Shown: positions 41,740 through 50,251 of the stretch, piece after piece
How positions within the stretch are numbered: the stretch's first letter is position 1
How the letters are laid out: every line of letters starts with the position of its first letter
IMG/VR virus record: IMGVR_UViG_3300047539_000052
Location: 4,310-68,309 of that record
Length of the DNA stretch: 64,000 nucleotides
From: a virus
Lineage: Duplodnaviria; Caudoviricetes
Reading direction: 5' to 3' (one strand)
Notes under the pieces: generated by a model
Database searches by the model: none
What the model was told of the DNA's origin: nothing
What the model saw: only the letters and a program-made list of their open reading frames with translations
Made by a program: the position numbers and the translations under genes

Positions 41740-42327
41740 TTTCTTGTCGAATAGCGTCTCCAGGGGCCGCCCCACGAGCCCTTCCGCATCTCGGCTGTTT
41801 ACGATGGCGCACTTTGATTTGAAGCCTCTCCGAACGAACTCCGTAGCCTCTTCGAGCGTCATCTCTCCAAACGATGGGACCACATCAAGGCCCAGCTTCG
41901 CCGCCACATCGCAGACATTTTCGTAATTCAGCCACCATTTGCCGCCGACCAATACGTCGAACACGATGATTTTCTTGAGCGGGGAATAGTCGCCGCCCTT
42001 CTGGATACCAGCACCGTAGCCTTCTCCATAGATCACGGCATCTGCGGACACTCCCTCTTCGTCGGGGAACACGCTCCGCAGTTTGTCTAGGGTGACGTTT
42101 TCGTACAGCCACTTCACGAGGTCAGCGTGAATCTGTGCGTTATCGGTCTTTCCGCCGAAGACAATCTTCCCGTCGCGGTAGATGCAACGAATATTTGTGC
42201 CGTCAACTTTCTCGGTCCAGTGCCACGTTTTCAGAAGGCTGTAGGTGCGATTCTTCAGTTCGCCCACGCGGACCTTGAATGTATTTTCATCGCGCTCGTA
42301 AAGCGTCTCTATTTTGCCGTACTCCAT
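41731..42327 (-). pseudogene. RNA ligase (Rnl2-like nucleotidyltransferase), 3' end interrupted by the IS
   Basis: TEKVDGTN (motif I), GEGYG, FDV, EGLV; missing tail HRLITKLKTKDF* lies beyond the IS at 39517..39564. Confidence 0.8.
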
Positions 42328-42341
42328 CGCCGCCTGCTTTC

Positions 42342-42608
42342 TCAGAACTCTAAATACCCATCCCCATCGCAGTACCAACAGTCCCAGCCTTCTATCGTTA
42401 GGCCACTTCCTAAGCACTTGGGACAGGGGATATCATCGCTAAAATCCTCGTCCTCCAATTCTTCAAAGAGCACGCACTCGCATTCGCAGCCTTGCTCAAC
42501 ACACCGACTGTGACAATTTGCCGCGCACTCTGGACAGACAATCAGACTTCTACCTTTCTTGGCTCCCACCGAGGCTAAGCCAGTTTTAAGTTCTTCGATT
42601 TTGTCCAT
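42342..42608 (-). CDS. Cys-rich hypothetical protein
   Basis: CPEC..., CPKC.GSG...C..CDG. Confidence 0.55.
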   Translation of the reverse strand: MDKIEELKTGLASVGAKKGRSLIVCPECAANCHSRCVEQGCECECVLFEELEDEDFSDDIPCPKCLGSGLTIEGWDCWYCDGDGYLEF

Positions 42609-42693
42609 CACTCACCATCTCCTCTCAGATCGCAGGTAGGTACCTATCCCAAAACTGCCAGTTCGGGCCACTGCTTAGTAGACAATTACCTTT

Positions 42694-42921
42694 TCACATA
42701 TTCTCCGCATACTCCACCGCCCTTTGTCTTCTCCTGACAAAAGTCTGAACATCCTCTAACCTGAACCTTATGGAATGTGCTCCAAAGCTGATGTACTGAA
42801 TCCTTCGAGACTGTCTTAATCTCTTTAAGGTTGCGGCACTGATTCTCAAAAGCTCGCAAACCTCTTTCTGAGTCAATAAGTTAGCTATGGGAGCCTGATC
42901 GAGATGTCTTGAAATTGTCAT
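42694..42921 (-). CDS. excisionase-like HTH DNA-binding protein
   Basis: LLTQKEVCELLRISAATLKRL...IRFRLEDVQTF. Confidence 0.8.
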   Translation of the reverse strand: MTISRHLDQAPIANLLTQKEVCELLRISAATLKRLRQSRRIQYISFGAHSIRFRLEDVQTFVRRRQRAVEYAENM

Positions 42922-44876
42922 TGATTGAGTTCCATGTACGCTCTTATGAACCCTTCAGCTTGCCCGCTTACTAGGGCGTTCCCGTATCCCCTGAGTCGTC
43001 CGACTCTGTTTTTTCCTTTTTGGAGGAGCGGCGAGATGATCGTTGAATCGCCATACCGCATAAGTCCCAGATCAGCGGCAGCCCCATCAGCCAACGCGAG
43101 TGACCCGGATTCAACTGCCCCAACTGGCCGGTACTTTTCGTCGCGGCAGTAGAGCCATTCGGCGCCGGACCAGAAGCCGTTAAGAGTTGATGAACTTCTT
43201 CGTTCAGCGGCTTGCCTCGCGTTTGTTCGCGGTGCTTCTCGTGGTAGTCCTCGGATGCGTCGTTGCTCCGAAAGTCCCGACTTGCAGGTGTGGCCCAGGT
43301 CGCCGTTCGCGTCAGAGAGTTGAATACTCCGCTCGCTCGGGTCGCATTGTTCGCGTTGTCGTCCATTGGCGTCGGCCACGATGCGAGTTTCACAATCCCG
43401 CCCATCAGTTTCTCCTCCTTGCGTTTGCCGCCTCTTGAGGTCTGTCCGCCCTCCATTGCGTTCGGAGTCGGCCAAGCGCTCAGTTCCACTACTTTCCTCG
43501 AGTAGTCCGTATTCCCCGCTTCGTTGTATTCCTCCGTTGCTGGGCTGCCTGCCATCGGAGTCGGCCAAGAGGCTAAACTCGCGTCCTGATTCAGGTCCGC
43601 GCATCCGTGCTTCGTTCCGTGTTTCGCCTTCTGTCCCTTGCCGCGTGCTGTTACGTCGTGCGCTTGCGGAGTCGTCCAAGAGGCCAGTTGTGAAGCTATC
43701 GCCAAGTCTCCCTGTTTCCCGCTCGGGCCTCCGTTCGTCTTCCCTTTGCGATTCTCGTATCCTCGCAATCGACGTGCTTCGTACTGCTCCACTGTCGAGC
43801 CGTCGTGCCCTGCCTTGGGACTGGGCCACCCAATACAGCCTTTGCCTCCTGTGGGGAGCGCCGAAGCCGCAAGCTGGGGTATCAACCGCCCCGACGGTGT
43901 AACCCTGTCCTTCCAAGTCAGACGAAACAAGGTCGAGCCAAGCGAGTCCGTTTGTGAGCGAATCTTCTCCGCTATCCTCGTCGAGAAGTTCTCCGATTGC
44001 TTCCGCCTCGTCACCTGAATTGCGGCCGCAATCTTGATAATCTTGTTCGGCCCCCAGAGGTTCGCCATCACGTTCACGCAATAGAGCACGATCCGCACAT
44101 TCTCCCGCGCATAGCCTTTGGTTGAGTCGATTCGGTCGAGTGAGGGGCTGTCCCAGGTCTTGCCGCCATCGAGATTCAGCGGTAAGCCCGTCACCTGACA
44201 CACGCCCGCATCGATCACAGACTGAATCTCCTCCTCGTACTGATCTAGGGAGTACTCCAATCCCTTCAATGAGGCTCTGTGTTTGGCCAAAGTCAAAAGT
44301 ATCTTGGCTCGGTGGCTCCGGCGGTAGGCCACAAATGTCGCAGAAGTCTTCGTCTTCGATCCCGGCTTCTCCCTCCAGGCCGAAGACCTCGCCTTGTAGC
44401 ATTCTTTGCATTTCGTCCGGTAGCCGCCCCCAATCGATGGCTGATTCTTGTAGAAGTCGGACAAGAGTTTCACGGTGCCACAGCCGGCGCACATCTTCCG
44501 GTCGTCCGCTTCCGCTGGCAACTTGCTCTCCGAAGACAATTCTGGGGCGACATTCGGCAATAAGCCGATTAAACTCTGGCCATAGGTGTCGCTCATCGGA
44601 ACCTCCTTCGCGCTTTCCGGAAACAGAGAACGGTTGGCACGGGCACGATCCCGTCCAGACGCGCTGCGAATCTTCCCATCCTGCACATCTGAGCGCATAG
44701 CTCCAGACTCCAATTCCGGCGAAGAAGTGGCACTGGGTAAAACCTCGCAAATCTTCGGCTCGGACTTGCTGAATATCTCTTCCATCAATTTCCCCCGGTG
44801 CTATGACTTTGGCGGCCATCAAATGTTTCAGCCACTCCACGTTGAACTTGTCGTGTTCGTTGTAGTAGGCAGTCAC
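42918..44876 (-). CDS. C5-cytosine DNA methyltransferase, alpha-type frame
   Basis: GTG 44876 overlapping upstream TGA; FFAGIG (I), GSCPCQPFS (IV), GEQV (VI), PHRRQRLYWVA (VIII), GRLRGYGNA (X). Confidence 0.9.
   Translation of the reverse strand: MTAYYNEHDKFNVEWLKHLMAAKVIAPGEIDGRDIQQVRAEDLRGFTQCHFFAGIGVWSYALRCAGWEDSQRVWTGSCPCQPFSVSGKREGGSDERHLWPEFNRLIAECRPRIVFGEQVASGSGRPEDVRRLWHRETLVRLLQESAIDWGRLPDEMQRMLQGEVFGLEGEAGIEDEDFCDICGLPPEPPSQDTFDFGQTQSLIEGIGVLPRSVRGGDSVCDRCGRVSGDGLTAESRWRQDLGQPLTRPNRLNQRLCAGECADRALLRERDGEPLGAEQDYQDCGRNSGDEAEAIGELLDEDSGEDSLTNGLAWLDLVSSDLEGQGYTVGAVDTPACGFGAPHRRQRLYWVAQSQGRARRLDSGAVRSTSIARIRESQREDERRPERETGRLGDSFTTGLLDDSASARRNSTRQGTEGETRNEARMRGPESGREFSLLADSDGRQPSNGGIQRSGEYGLLEESSGTERLADSERNGGRTDLKRRQTQGGETDGRDCETRIVADANGRQREQCDPSERSIQLSDANGDLGHTCKSGLSEQRRIRGLPREAPRTNARQAAERRSSSTLNGFWSGAEWLYCRDEKYRPVGAVESGSLALADGAAADLGLMRYGDSTIISPLLQKGKNRVGRLRGYGNALVSGQAEGFIRAYMELNQ
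42971..44785 (-). CDS. overlapping alternative-frame ORF (MTase beta-type subunit) containing an HNH-like nuclease domain
   Basis: G-rich SD before ATG 44785; CAGC..CKEC, CQVTG, SLDRIDSTKGY..NVR...N; W(P/T)TP repeats; LNPGHSRWLMGLP (motif IX-like). Confidence 0.8.
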   Translation of the reverse strand: MEEIFSKSEPKICEVLPSATSSPELESGAMRSDVQDGKIRSASGRDRARANRSLFPESAKEVPMSDTYGQSLIGLLPNVAPELSSESKLPAEADDRKMCAGCGTVKLLSDFYKNQPSIGGGYRTKCKECYKARSSAWREKPGSKTKTSATFVAYRRSHRAKILLTLAKHRASLKGLEYSLDQYEEEIQSVIDAGVCQVTGLPLNLDGGKTWDSPSLDRIDSTKGYARENVRIVLYCVNVMANLWGPNKIIKIAAAIQVTRRKQSENFSTRIAEKIRSQTDSLGSTLFRLTWKDRVTPSGRLIPQLAASALPTGGKGCIGWPSPKAGHDGSTVEQYEARRLRGYENRKGKTNGGPSGKQGDLAIASQLASWTTPQAHDVTARGKGQKAKHGTKHGCADLNQDASLASWPTPMAGSPATEEYNEAGNTDYSRKVVELSAWPTPNAMEGGQTSRGGKRKEEKLMGGIVKLASWPTPMDDNANNATRASGVFNSLTRTATWATPASRDFRSNDASEDYHEKHREQTRGKPLNEEVHQLLTASGPAPNGSTAATKSTGQLGQLNPGHSRWLMGLPLIWDLCGMAIQRSSRRSSKKEKTESDDSGDTGTP

Positions 44877-45322
44877 GCAATCCTTTTCCGCACGGGCTCG
44901 GGCGGCGCGTTTCTCCAAGCCCAGGAGACTGACTCCGATTCTTTGCGAAGCGCCTCAACTGAGGGAGCATCGATGATCGAGAAATTCACGATACTTTCTG
45001 CTGGCGAGTCCCTTGTTAGAATGGCAAACGCCTTGTGGAAAGCTGCGCGAAATTCCTCTTCGGTCATGTCGCCTTTGCGGTCGTTGCAGGTGATACAGGC
45101 GGGCACAATATTGTCGATGGTATCGGCGCCGCCCCGCGACCGTGGCGTCTTATGCTCCTTGGTCGCGTCCAGCAAAGTTAGTGGCGCATAGCAGTAGTAG
45201 CAGCGCATTCCGCACTTGAAAAACTTTCCTTCCCACTGGCGCTCGGTGTGTGTACGCAACGTGCAAAACCTCCAACTTTCTGTTAATTCCTGTTGATAAA
45301 GCCCTTTAAGAAATTTCCACAT
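44873..45322 (-). CDS. HNH endonuclease
   Basis: CYYC...TKEHKTPRSRGG.D.IDNIVPACITCNDRKG. Confidence 0.9.
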   Translation of the reverse strand: MWKFLKGLYQQELTESWRFCTLRTHTERQWEGKFFKCGMRCYYCYAPLTLLDATKEHKTPRSRGGADTIDNIVPACITCNDRKGDMTEEEFRAAFHKAFAILTRDSPAESIVNFSIIDAPSVEALRKESESVSWAWRNAPPEPVRKRIA

Positions 45323-45729
45323 GATGAGATTTCCTTGTGCAAACTTCGGATATTTCAAACCAGGGCGGAAGTCTCTTTTAGCAAACCCTGTTCCGCCCCA
45401 GTTTCCTCGTAGTCAGCTTTTCCTTGTTGTTCCGTTCTACTCAACACGGGATATGAAACAGATTTCCCGCGAAGACCGTTGTCATTCAATCCACTTCTTA
45501 GCTCTTTGTATCTAAACGTTTGTGCTCCGAACTTTGGGGCTTCCGGGTCCGCTACCCACCGGCACGCTTGCTGTTGGTCGGTTTCAACCCTTTGCATTTA
45601 CACGCAGCCCTACGCAAACACTCTCCCGCATCATTGTGATAGCCTTCGTGATCGCCGCAAGCGCACATCCGAGGACCGCCTTCGTAACACCAATGCGGCA
45701 CATACGGAGAGTCGTCGCTCGGCCCCGGA

Positions 45730-45987
45730 TTACTTCGGCTGATTTCTCCCGGCATTCTTTCCCTCCACTGGGTGAAACTCCCACGGGTTCCAGCCGAAAG
45801 CCTCGGCATAATGTTTCTTCATTTCCGCCACGACTTCAGGAAGCGCCGATTTCAATTGTCGTACATGAAAATCAGCAGGCATCGCCAATAGGAGCGCGTG
45901 CGCCAGATTGTCGAGTGTGTCAATGTCGCGACCTAACTGATCTTCCTGGTCTTCTGTGATCGCAGTGTTATCGCCACGTTTCGCCAT
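45730..45987 (-). CDS. hypothetical protein
   Basis: RBS GAGGAG within a conserved leader. Confidence 0.55.
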   Translation of the reverse strand: MAKRGDNTAITEDQEDQLGRDIDTLDNLAHALLLAMPADFHVRQLKSALPEVVAEMKKHYAEAFGWNPWEFHPVEGKNAGRNQPK

Positions 45988-46070
45988 CACTCACCATCTC
46001 CTCACTGAGTTGTATGGGCAGTCGGACCCATCCCAAAGCTGCCAGTTCAAGCCACCGCTACGTAGACAAA

Positions 46071-46178
46071 TCATTCAATCCACTTCTTAGCCAGTGCAAC
46101 GTGCAACACAATTGCAATCAGAAGACATCCAAGTCCGAAATCTAGCGGGTTCTCCATGAGCCAATTAAGGATTTCCAT
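46071..46178 (-). CDS. 35-aa membrane peptide
   Basis: MEILNWLMENPLDFGLGCLLIAIVLHVALAKKWIE*, read manually (below ORF-track cutoff). Confidence 0.45.
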   Translation of the reverse strand: MEILNWLMENPLDFGLGCLLIAIVLHVALAKKWIE

Positions 46179-46180
46179 AA

Positions 46181-46939
46181 CTACTCATAAGCCGCAGCTT
46201 CTTCTCTAGTTAGAAAGAAGTGAATCCCTCCGCCGCACTCCGTCCAACGATCTTCATTCCATGTGTCGCAACGCACGATCTGACCGACTCGGTATTCAAT
46301 GTTTCCGTTGTATTGGCTGATTCCAACTTCTGCACCGATTACTTCCAGAACTTTGACGTGGGAGGCGCGGCACTTGCGCCCGGTAGCATGGCTGCGTTTT
46401 GCCGTGTCACCCACCACTAGCTTGACCAGAACTCCATTGCGGCATTTCTTCCAGCCCCAGAGTGGGCCATCAATGGGAAGAATGGCGATACGCGCTAAAA
46501 CCAGAGCCGCATCCTTGAGGTCTTTCAGGTCCGCCCCCCTCAGGTCCGCCCCGCTCAGGTGCGCCCCGCTCAGGTACGCCCTGCTCAGGTCCGCCCCGCT
46601 CAGGTTCGCCCCGCTCAGGTTCGCCCCGCTCAGGTCCGCCCCGCTCAGGTGCGCCCTGCTCAGGTCCGCCCTGCTCAGGTACGCCCTGCTCAGGTCCGCC
46701 CCGCTCAGGTTCGCCCCGCTCAGGTCCGCCCCGCTCAGGTACGCCCCGCTCAGGTCCGCCCCGCTCAGGTTCGCCCCGCTCAGGTTCGCCCCGCTCAGGT
46801 CCGCCCCGCTCAGGTCCGCCCCGCTCAGGTTCGCCCCGCTCAGGTACGCCCCGCTCAGGTGCGCCTTTTTGCCGCCTTCTCGATTGCCTAGCCATGCGGC
46901 ATGGAGTTCTAGGACGTGCTTGATTTCTTCTGGAGTCAT
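46181..46939 (-). CDS. pentapeptide-repeat protein with C-terminal domain (DUF5758-like)
   Basis: ~22 A(N/D/Y/H)LS(G/R) repeats; GWKK...KCRAS..KVLE...GGGIHFF. Confidence 0.9.
   Translation of the reverse strand: MTPEEIKHVLELHAAWLGNREGGKKAHLSGAYLSGANLSGADLSGADLSGANLSGANLSGADLSGAYLSGADLSGANLSGADLSRAYLSRADLSRAHLSGADLSGANLSGANLSGADLSRAYLSGAHLSGADLRGADLKDLKDAALVLARIAILPIDGPLWGWKKCRNGVLVKLVVGDTAKRSHATGRKCRASHVKVLEVIGAEVGISQYNGNIEYRVGQIVRCDTWNEDRWTECGGGIHFFLTREEAAAYE
46531..46865. repeat. tandem 15-nt repeat (CCGCTCAGGTNCGCC), ~22 units
   Basis: Directly visible; encodes the pentapeptides. Confidence 0.95.
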
Positions 46940-47332
46940 AAGTTCTTACGAATTGGTGAGAGCCGTCAATCGAACGGTGCGTTAGGTTTGCGCTATAAAG
47001 AGCATGCGGTCATCCCACCAAACTTTTAATTTCATTTCTCTTCCTGCTTTTGCACGCGCTCTCGAATCTCTTTCGTAGTGAATGAATGCTTACCTTTCAC
47101 GCGCGTACAGAACCGCGCCCACAGCGTTAACGCAATGACGAATACTCCAGTCACTGCAAAACCGATGATGAAGTAATGAATCATTTGCCTTTTCTTTGTC
47201 TAATTTCCCCCTGCGGGTCTACTCCCTCAGAGCTTCTCCGCAGGGGATTATTTGTACGGCTGTATCTGCCGATTACTGAATAGGCCGCACAAACTTTGCC
47301 CCAGAGCTGGCGTGCCTGGAGCAAACTCTTTA

Positions 47333-47581
47333 CTAAGCTGTCTTCTTTAACTTGGCCCAGCGTGCTTTCTGAGCCAAGGAGATCCGGCGGCGAGCGGAGA
47401 TTGATAAGACGTTTCTGCGAGGCGTCTCTCCGGGCGGGCTGGCGCGGGTCATGCCGGTGCGGGGTTGAATGCCGGTTCCGGTTCCATTCAGAGCGGCTAG
47501 AGCGTGCTTAATCTGCTCTAGTTCCCGCTCGGTTTCGCGGCGGTACTCGGTTAAGTTCTGTACGACGGATTCCATTGACAT
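47333..47581 (-). CDS. small basic nucleoid-associated-like protein
   Basis: Coiled coil plus SISARRRISLAQKARWAKLKK. Confidence 0.55.
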   Translation of the reverse strand: MSMESVVQNLTEYRRETERELEQIKHALAALNGTGTGIQPRTGMTRASPPGETPRRNVLSISARRRISLAQKARWAKLKKTA

Positions 47582-47689
47582 GCTTTGTTTTCCTTTCTGT
47601 TGGGAAGGGCCTGATCTCAGTTTGCGGGGCGGCTAGGGAGGTGACCGATTGCGACGCCGCCCCGCAGTTTGTCGATTCCGCGCAGGTAC

Positions 47690-47974
47690 TCAGGCTGCGA
47701 CGGTTTGCTGTTTACCCGGCGTCATCGCCTCGGGTATCAGGTAGGTGGTTTGCCAGCCGATCGGCATGTTCTGACCGCCCCGGAAGATGAACGTGGTCCC
47801 TCCGAGAGCTTCGTCGCCTCCGGTGACGGTGCGGAATTCCAGGTTGTGTCCCAGACCTCCGACGATTTTCTGCAGATCGACTATCGAGTCTGAGGTGCAG
47901 GTTAAGTTTGTGTTGTTGGGGAGTTGAAGAAACACAGAGTACTGCTTTACGGTTTTAGCGTTGGTTGGCTGCAT
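47690..47974 (-). CDS. hypothetical protein
   Basis: RBS AAGGAGG. Confidence 0.55.
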   Translation of the reverse strand: MQPTNAKTVKQYSVFLQLPNNTNLTCTSDSIVDLQKIVGGLGHNLEFRTVTGGDEALGGTTFIFRGGQNMPIGWQTTYLIPEAMTPGKQQTVAA

Positions 47975-48023
47975 TGTTGGTTTGTTACCTCCTTGAAAAA
48001 CACTTTATTGCTAAACTTTTGGG

Positions 48024-48302
48024 TTAGTCGGCTGCGATGATCTTGTAAAAGTTAAAATTGGCCGGCGGCGGAATCAGCTCGGCTTCAGGTGCGCCGATAA
48101 TTGTCGCCATTCTCCTGAACTGGCGCATGGCATTCTCCCGCGTAGTTTTGCCGATGACTTTAAACGGTATGCCCAGGCCGTATGTATCTGGAATGACTTC
48201 GCCTTCGGAACATTCGCCCAGGCTGCCATAGCTCATATAGCCATCCTCGCGGAGAAGGGTTTCGGCCACGAACCTCCACTCGCTTATCAGTTCAACTTCC
48301 AT
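48024..48302 (-). CDS. hypothetical protein
   Basis: GA-rich RBS. Confidence 0.5.
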   Translation of the reverse strand: MEVELISEWRFVAETLLREDGYMSYGSLGECSEGEVIPDTYGLGIPFKVIGKTTRENAMRQFRRMATIIGAPEAELIPPPANFNFYKIIAAD

Positions 48303-48428
48303 CTCTTCCCTCGCTTTCCCGTCACTTCCACAGGTTGAACGCGATCAGGGCTACGATCGGCGCCATGAATAGAAGCAGTCCGGCAAGAATCGACTTCACC
48401 GGATAACGTTTGCGTTTGATGAGAGGCA

Positions 48429-48677
48429 TCATTTAATTGCCTTCGTTTGCTTCTGGCCGATTTCGCCCACTAAACGATTCCACGCATACTTATCCGTCAG
48501 TGCGGGATTTTGCACCCGAGTCTGGTCGATGTCGAAGTAACAGGTGGGCGCGTACTTGCTGGCAAGCGTTTCGTGATGAGTGCGAATCGCTAGAACCACC
48601 GCGAACACGCCATCGCTCGGCTCGTAATCTACTACGCCATTTAGGCCGCAGCCTTCGCATACCCATGCTTGTCGCAT
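48429..48677 (-). CDS. hypothetical protein
   Basis: Part of tightly packed leftward run. Confidence 0.5.
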   Translation of the reverse strand: MRQAWVCEGCGLNGVVDYEPSDGVFAVVLAIRTHHETLASKYAPTCYFDIDQTRVQNPALTDKYAWNRLVGEIGQKQTKAIK

Positions 48678-48681
48678 TTCT

Positions 48682-48993
48682 TTAGCGTCCTGCCGCAGCT
48701 TGCATAGACCGTTCTGTCTCTTCCATCCTTCGCATTTCAGCCGCTTCTTCCCGAATCATCTGAGCCGCTTCTACCATTCCTAGTTTCATGGCAGACTGCT
48801 TGAGGAAGTCCGGCAAAGCTAGGTATGGAGGGACTGGTTCACTGGCCTTCTCTACGATTCGGAGCGCCAGATCGTATAGGTACTGTCTTAAAGCGGAGTT
48901 GTTTTCAAAGTGCAAATGAGTGAGGCGCGCGTTTTCCTGGGCGCGTTCGACCGCTTCTTCTAGATTTCTAATCATGGTGCCGGAGTAGGTCAT
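48682..48993 (-). CDS. hypothetical protein
   Basis: ATGA overlap with 48990..49298. Confidence 0.5.
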   Translation of the reverse strand: MTYSGTMIRNLEEAVERAQENARLTHLHFENNSALRQYLYDLALRIVEKASEPVPPYLALPDFLKQSAMKLGMVEAAQMIREEAAEMRRMEETERSMQAAAGR

Positions 48994-49298
48994 TGCTTTA
49001 CCTCTTGAGTGATTTCGCGCCAGAAGTTTTCTCCGAAGAGAACGCGGGCGCCTTTAGCATGGAATACGAGGTTATCGCCGCTGTCGCAGATGCGAACTTC
49101 CCGCCCAGCGCGCATGGCAGCGGCGCACTTTACCTTAACCGATATGACGCCTTCTTCTTCATCTGGGTACTTTGGCTTTCCGCTGCAGAACCAGATTCCG
49201 GCGGAGTGGTATTCGCTGTCAGGTTCGAAGATATAAAGCACCCACGGGCCTTTACGGTTCTGGCTGTATTGCAGCTCGGTTAAGGTATGGACTGGCAC
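48990..49298 (-). CDS. hypothetical protein
   Basis: Coupled start/stop overlaps on both sides. Confidence 0.5.
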   Translation of the reverse strand: MPVHTLTELQYSQNRKGPWVLYIFEPDSEYHSAGIWFCSGKPKYPDEEEGVISVKVKCAAAMRAGREVRICDSGDNLVFHAKGARVLFGENFWREITQEVKQ

Positions 49299-49594
49299 TA
49301 GAGTTCTCCCTTCGCAGCCTTGATCGCAGCCCTAACCTGGACAATCACTTCATCGATTCGTGAGTCCACGCCAGTGAGTCCATTTGCCCATGATTCCAAA
49401 GTTGGCAAAGAGACTAGGAGCGCTTCCAGTAATTGGGGCGCAGCGCCACGCAATCTCAGCCAAGGGTCAAGTTCAGCGAGGACTTTGTGATGCTCTGTCG
49501 TGTCGATCCGATCAAGTGTCGCTTGAGTTGGCGCTGAGTTCGCTTGACCAGACGCCAAATAGTAATCGCGGGCCGTCTCGCGGATTCGTGCCAT
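49298..49594 (-). CDS. hypothetical protein
   Basis: AAPQLLEAL..VRAAIKAAKGE phage-type motif; start lies inside the duplicated ATPase fragment. Confidence 0.45.
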   Translation of the reverse strand: MARIRETARDYYLASGQANSAPTQATLDRIDTTEHHKVLAELDPWLRLRGAAPQLLEALLVSLPTLESWANGLTGVDSRIDEVIVQVRAAIKAAKGEL

Positions 49595-49701
49595 CCAGTT
49601 TGCTCAAGAGCGCCAATTGCGCAGCGCTCGACATCTTGTCCGCTTCGTCTACCAGAACAAGGTGCATCTTCAATCCGCTCATGGGCACGTAATGGCACGA
49701 G
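49580..49701 (-). repeat. 122-bp direct copy of the ATPase gene interior (52144..52265)
   Basis: Direct alignment; differences are synonymous in the ATPase frame. Confidence 0.95.
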
Positions 49702-50204
49702 AAATCACTCATTTCGATTTTCGATCCCAGTACGGTGTTTTGCATTTGGCGCAACGAAGTGGTTTTTCTTCGGTCTTCCACTGATGGCCGCAGACCTCGC
49801 ATGTGCATTTAATGATCTCGACCTTGATGGTTTGAGTTGCCATATGCACCAAGGTGTACTCCTTTAAGCAGAATTCTGTCAATAGGGGAATGAAAATAGT
49901 TTTCGGAAATCGTGTGCGAAAGCGGGGCGGAATTGCGGCGGGAACGATAAACTATTCAAATCTGCACAAACTATGAGGCATTCCCATGGCTCGTCCGCCA
50001 ACCGATCCAAGATCCATCCAGCCCGTTAAGCCTGAGACTCCACAGGAAACCTGGGCGCGCGTCCTCACTGTGCCGGGATTCCGCCATTTGCAGACTGAGC
50101 GAAAGCAGCCGATCCGCGCGAAAGACTTCAGTGAAAGCACGTAGGATGGGTCTGCACGTAAATTCGGTACGTTTAGGAGGTCGGCGGAGAAATCTGCCAG
50201 AGCG

Positions 50205-50237
50205 AACAAAAGCCCCGGCTGGTGACACCGAGGCTTT
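50205..50237 (-). terminator. intrinsic terminator ending the leftward cassette transcript
   Basis: AAAGCC.CGG..CCG.GGCTTT hairpin followed by T-run on the minus strand, just after stop 50252. Confidence 0.55.
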
Positions 50238-50251
50238 CCTGACAGTCTTCT

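Noticed and set aside
46531-46865. Regular repeat array as a CRISPR locus
   Set aside because: Units are contiguous 15-mers with no unique spacers, encode pentapeptides, and no cas genes are present.
46299-46985. Long alternative ORFs (RSAPL, ERGGP, VRPAQ repeats)
   Set aside because: Shadow frames of the stop-free 15-nt repeat.
49975-50200. Structured ncRNA or ribozyme in the intergenic region with several GAAA tetramers
   Set aside because: No consistent stems or catalytic core (no CUGANGA) could be supported by eye.
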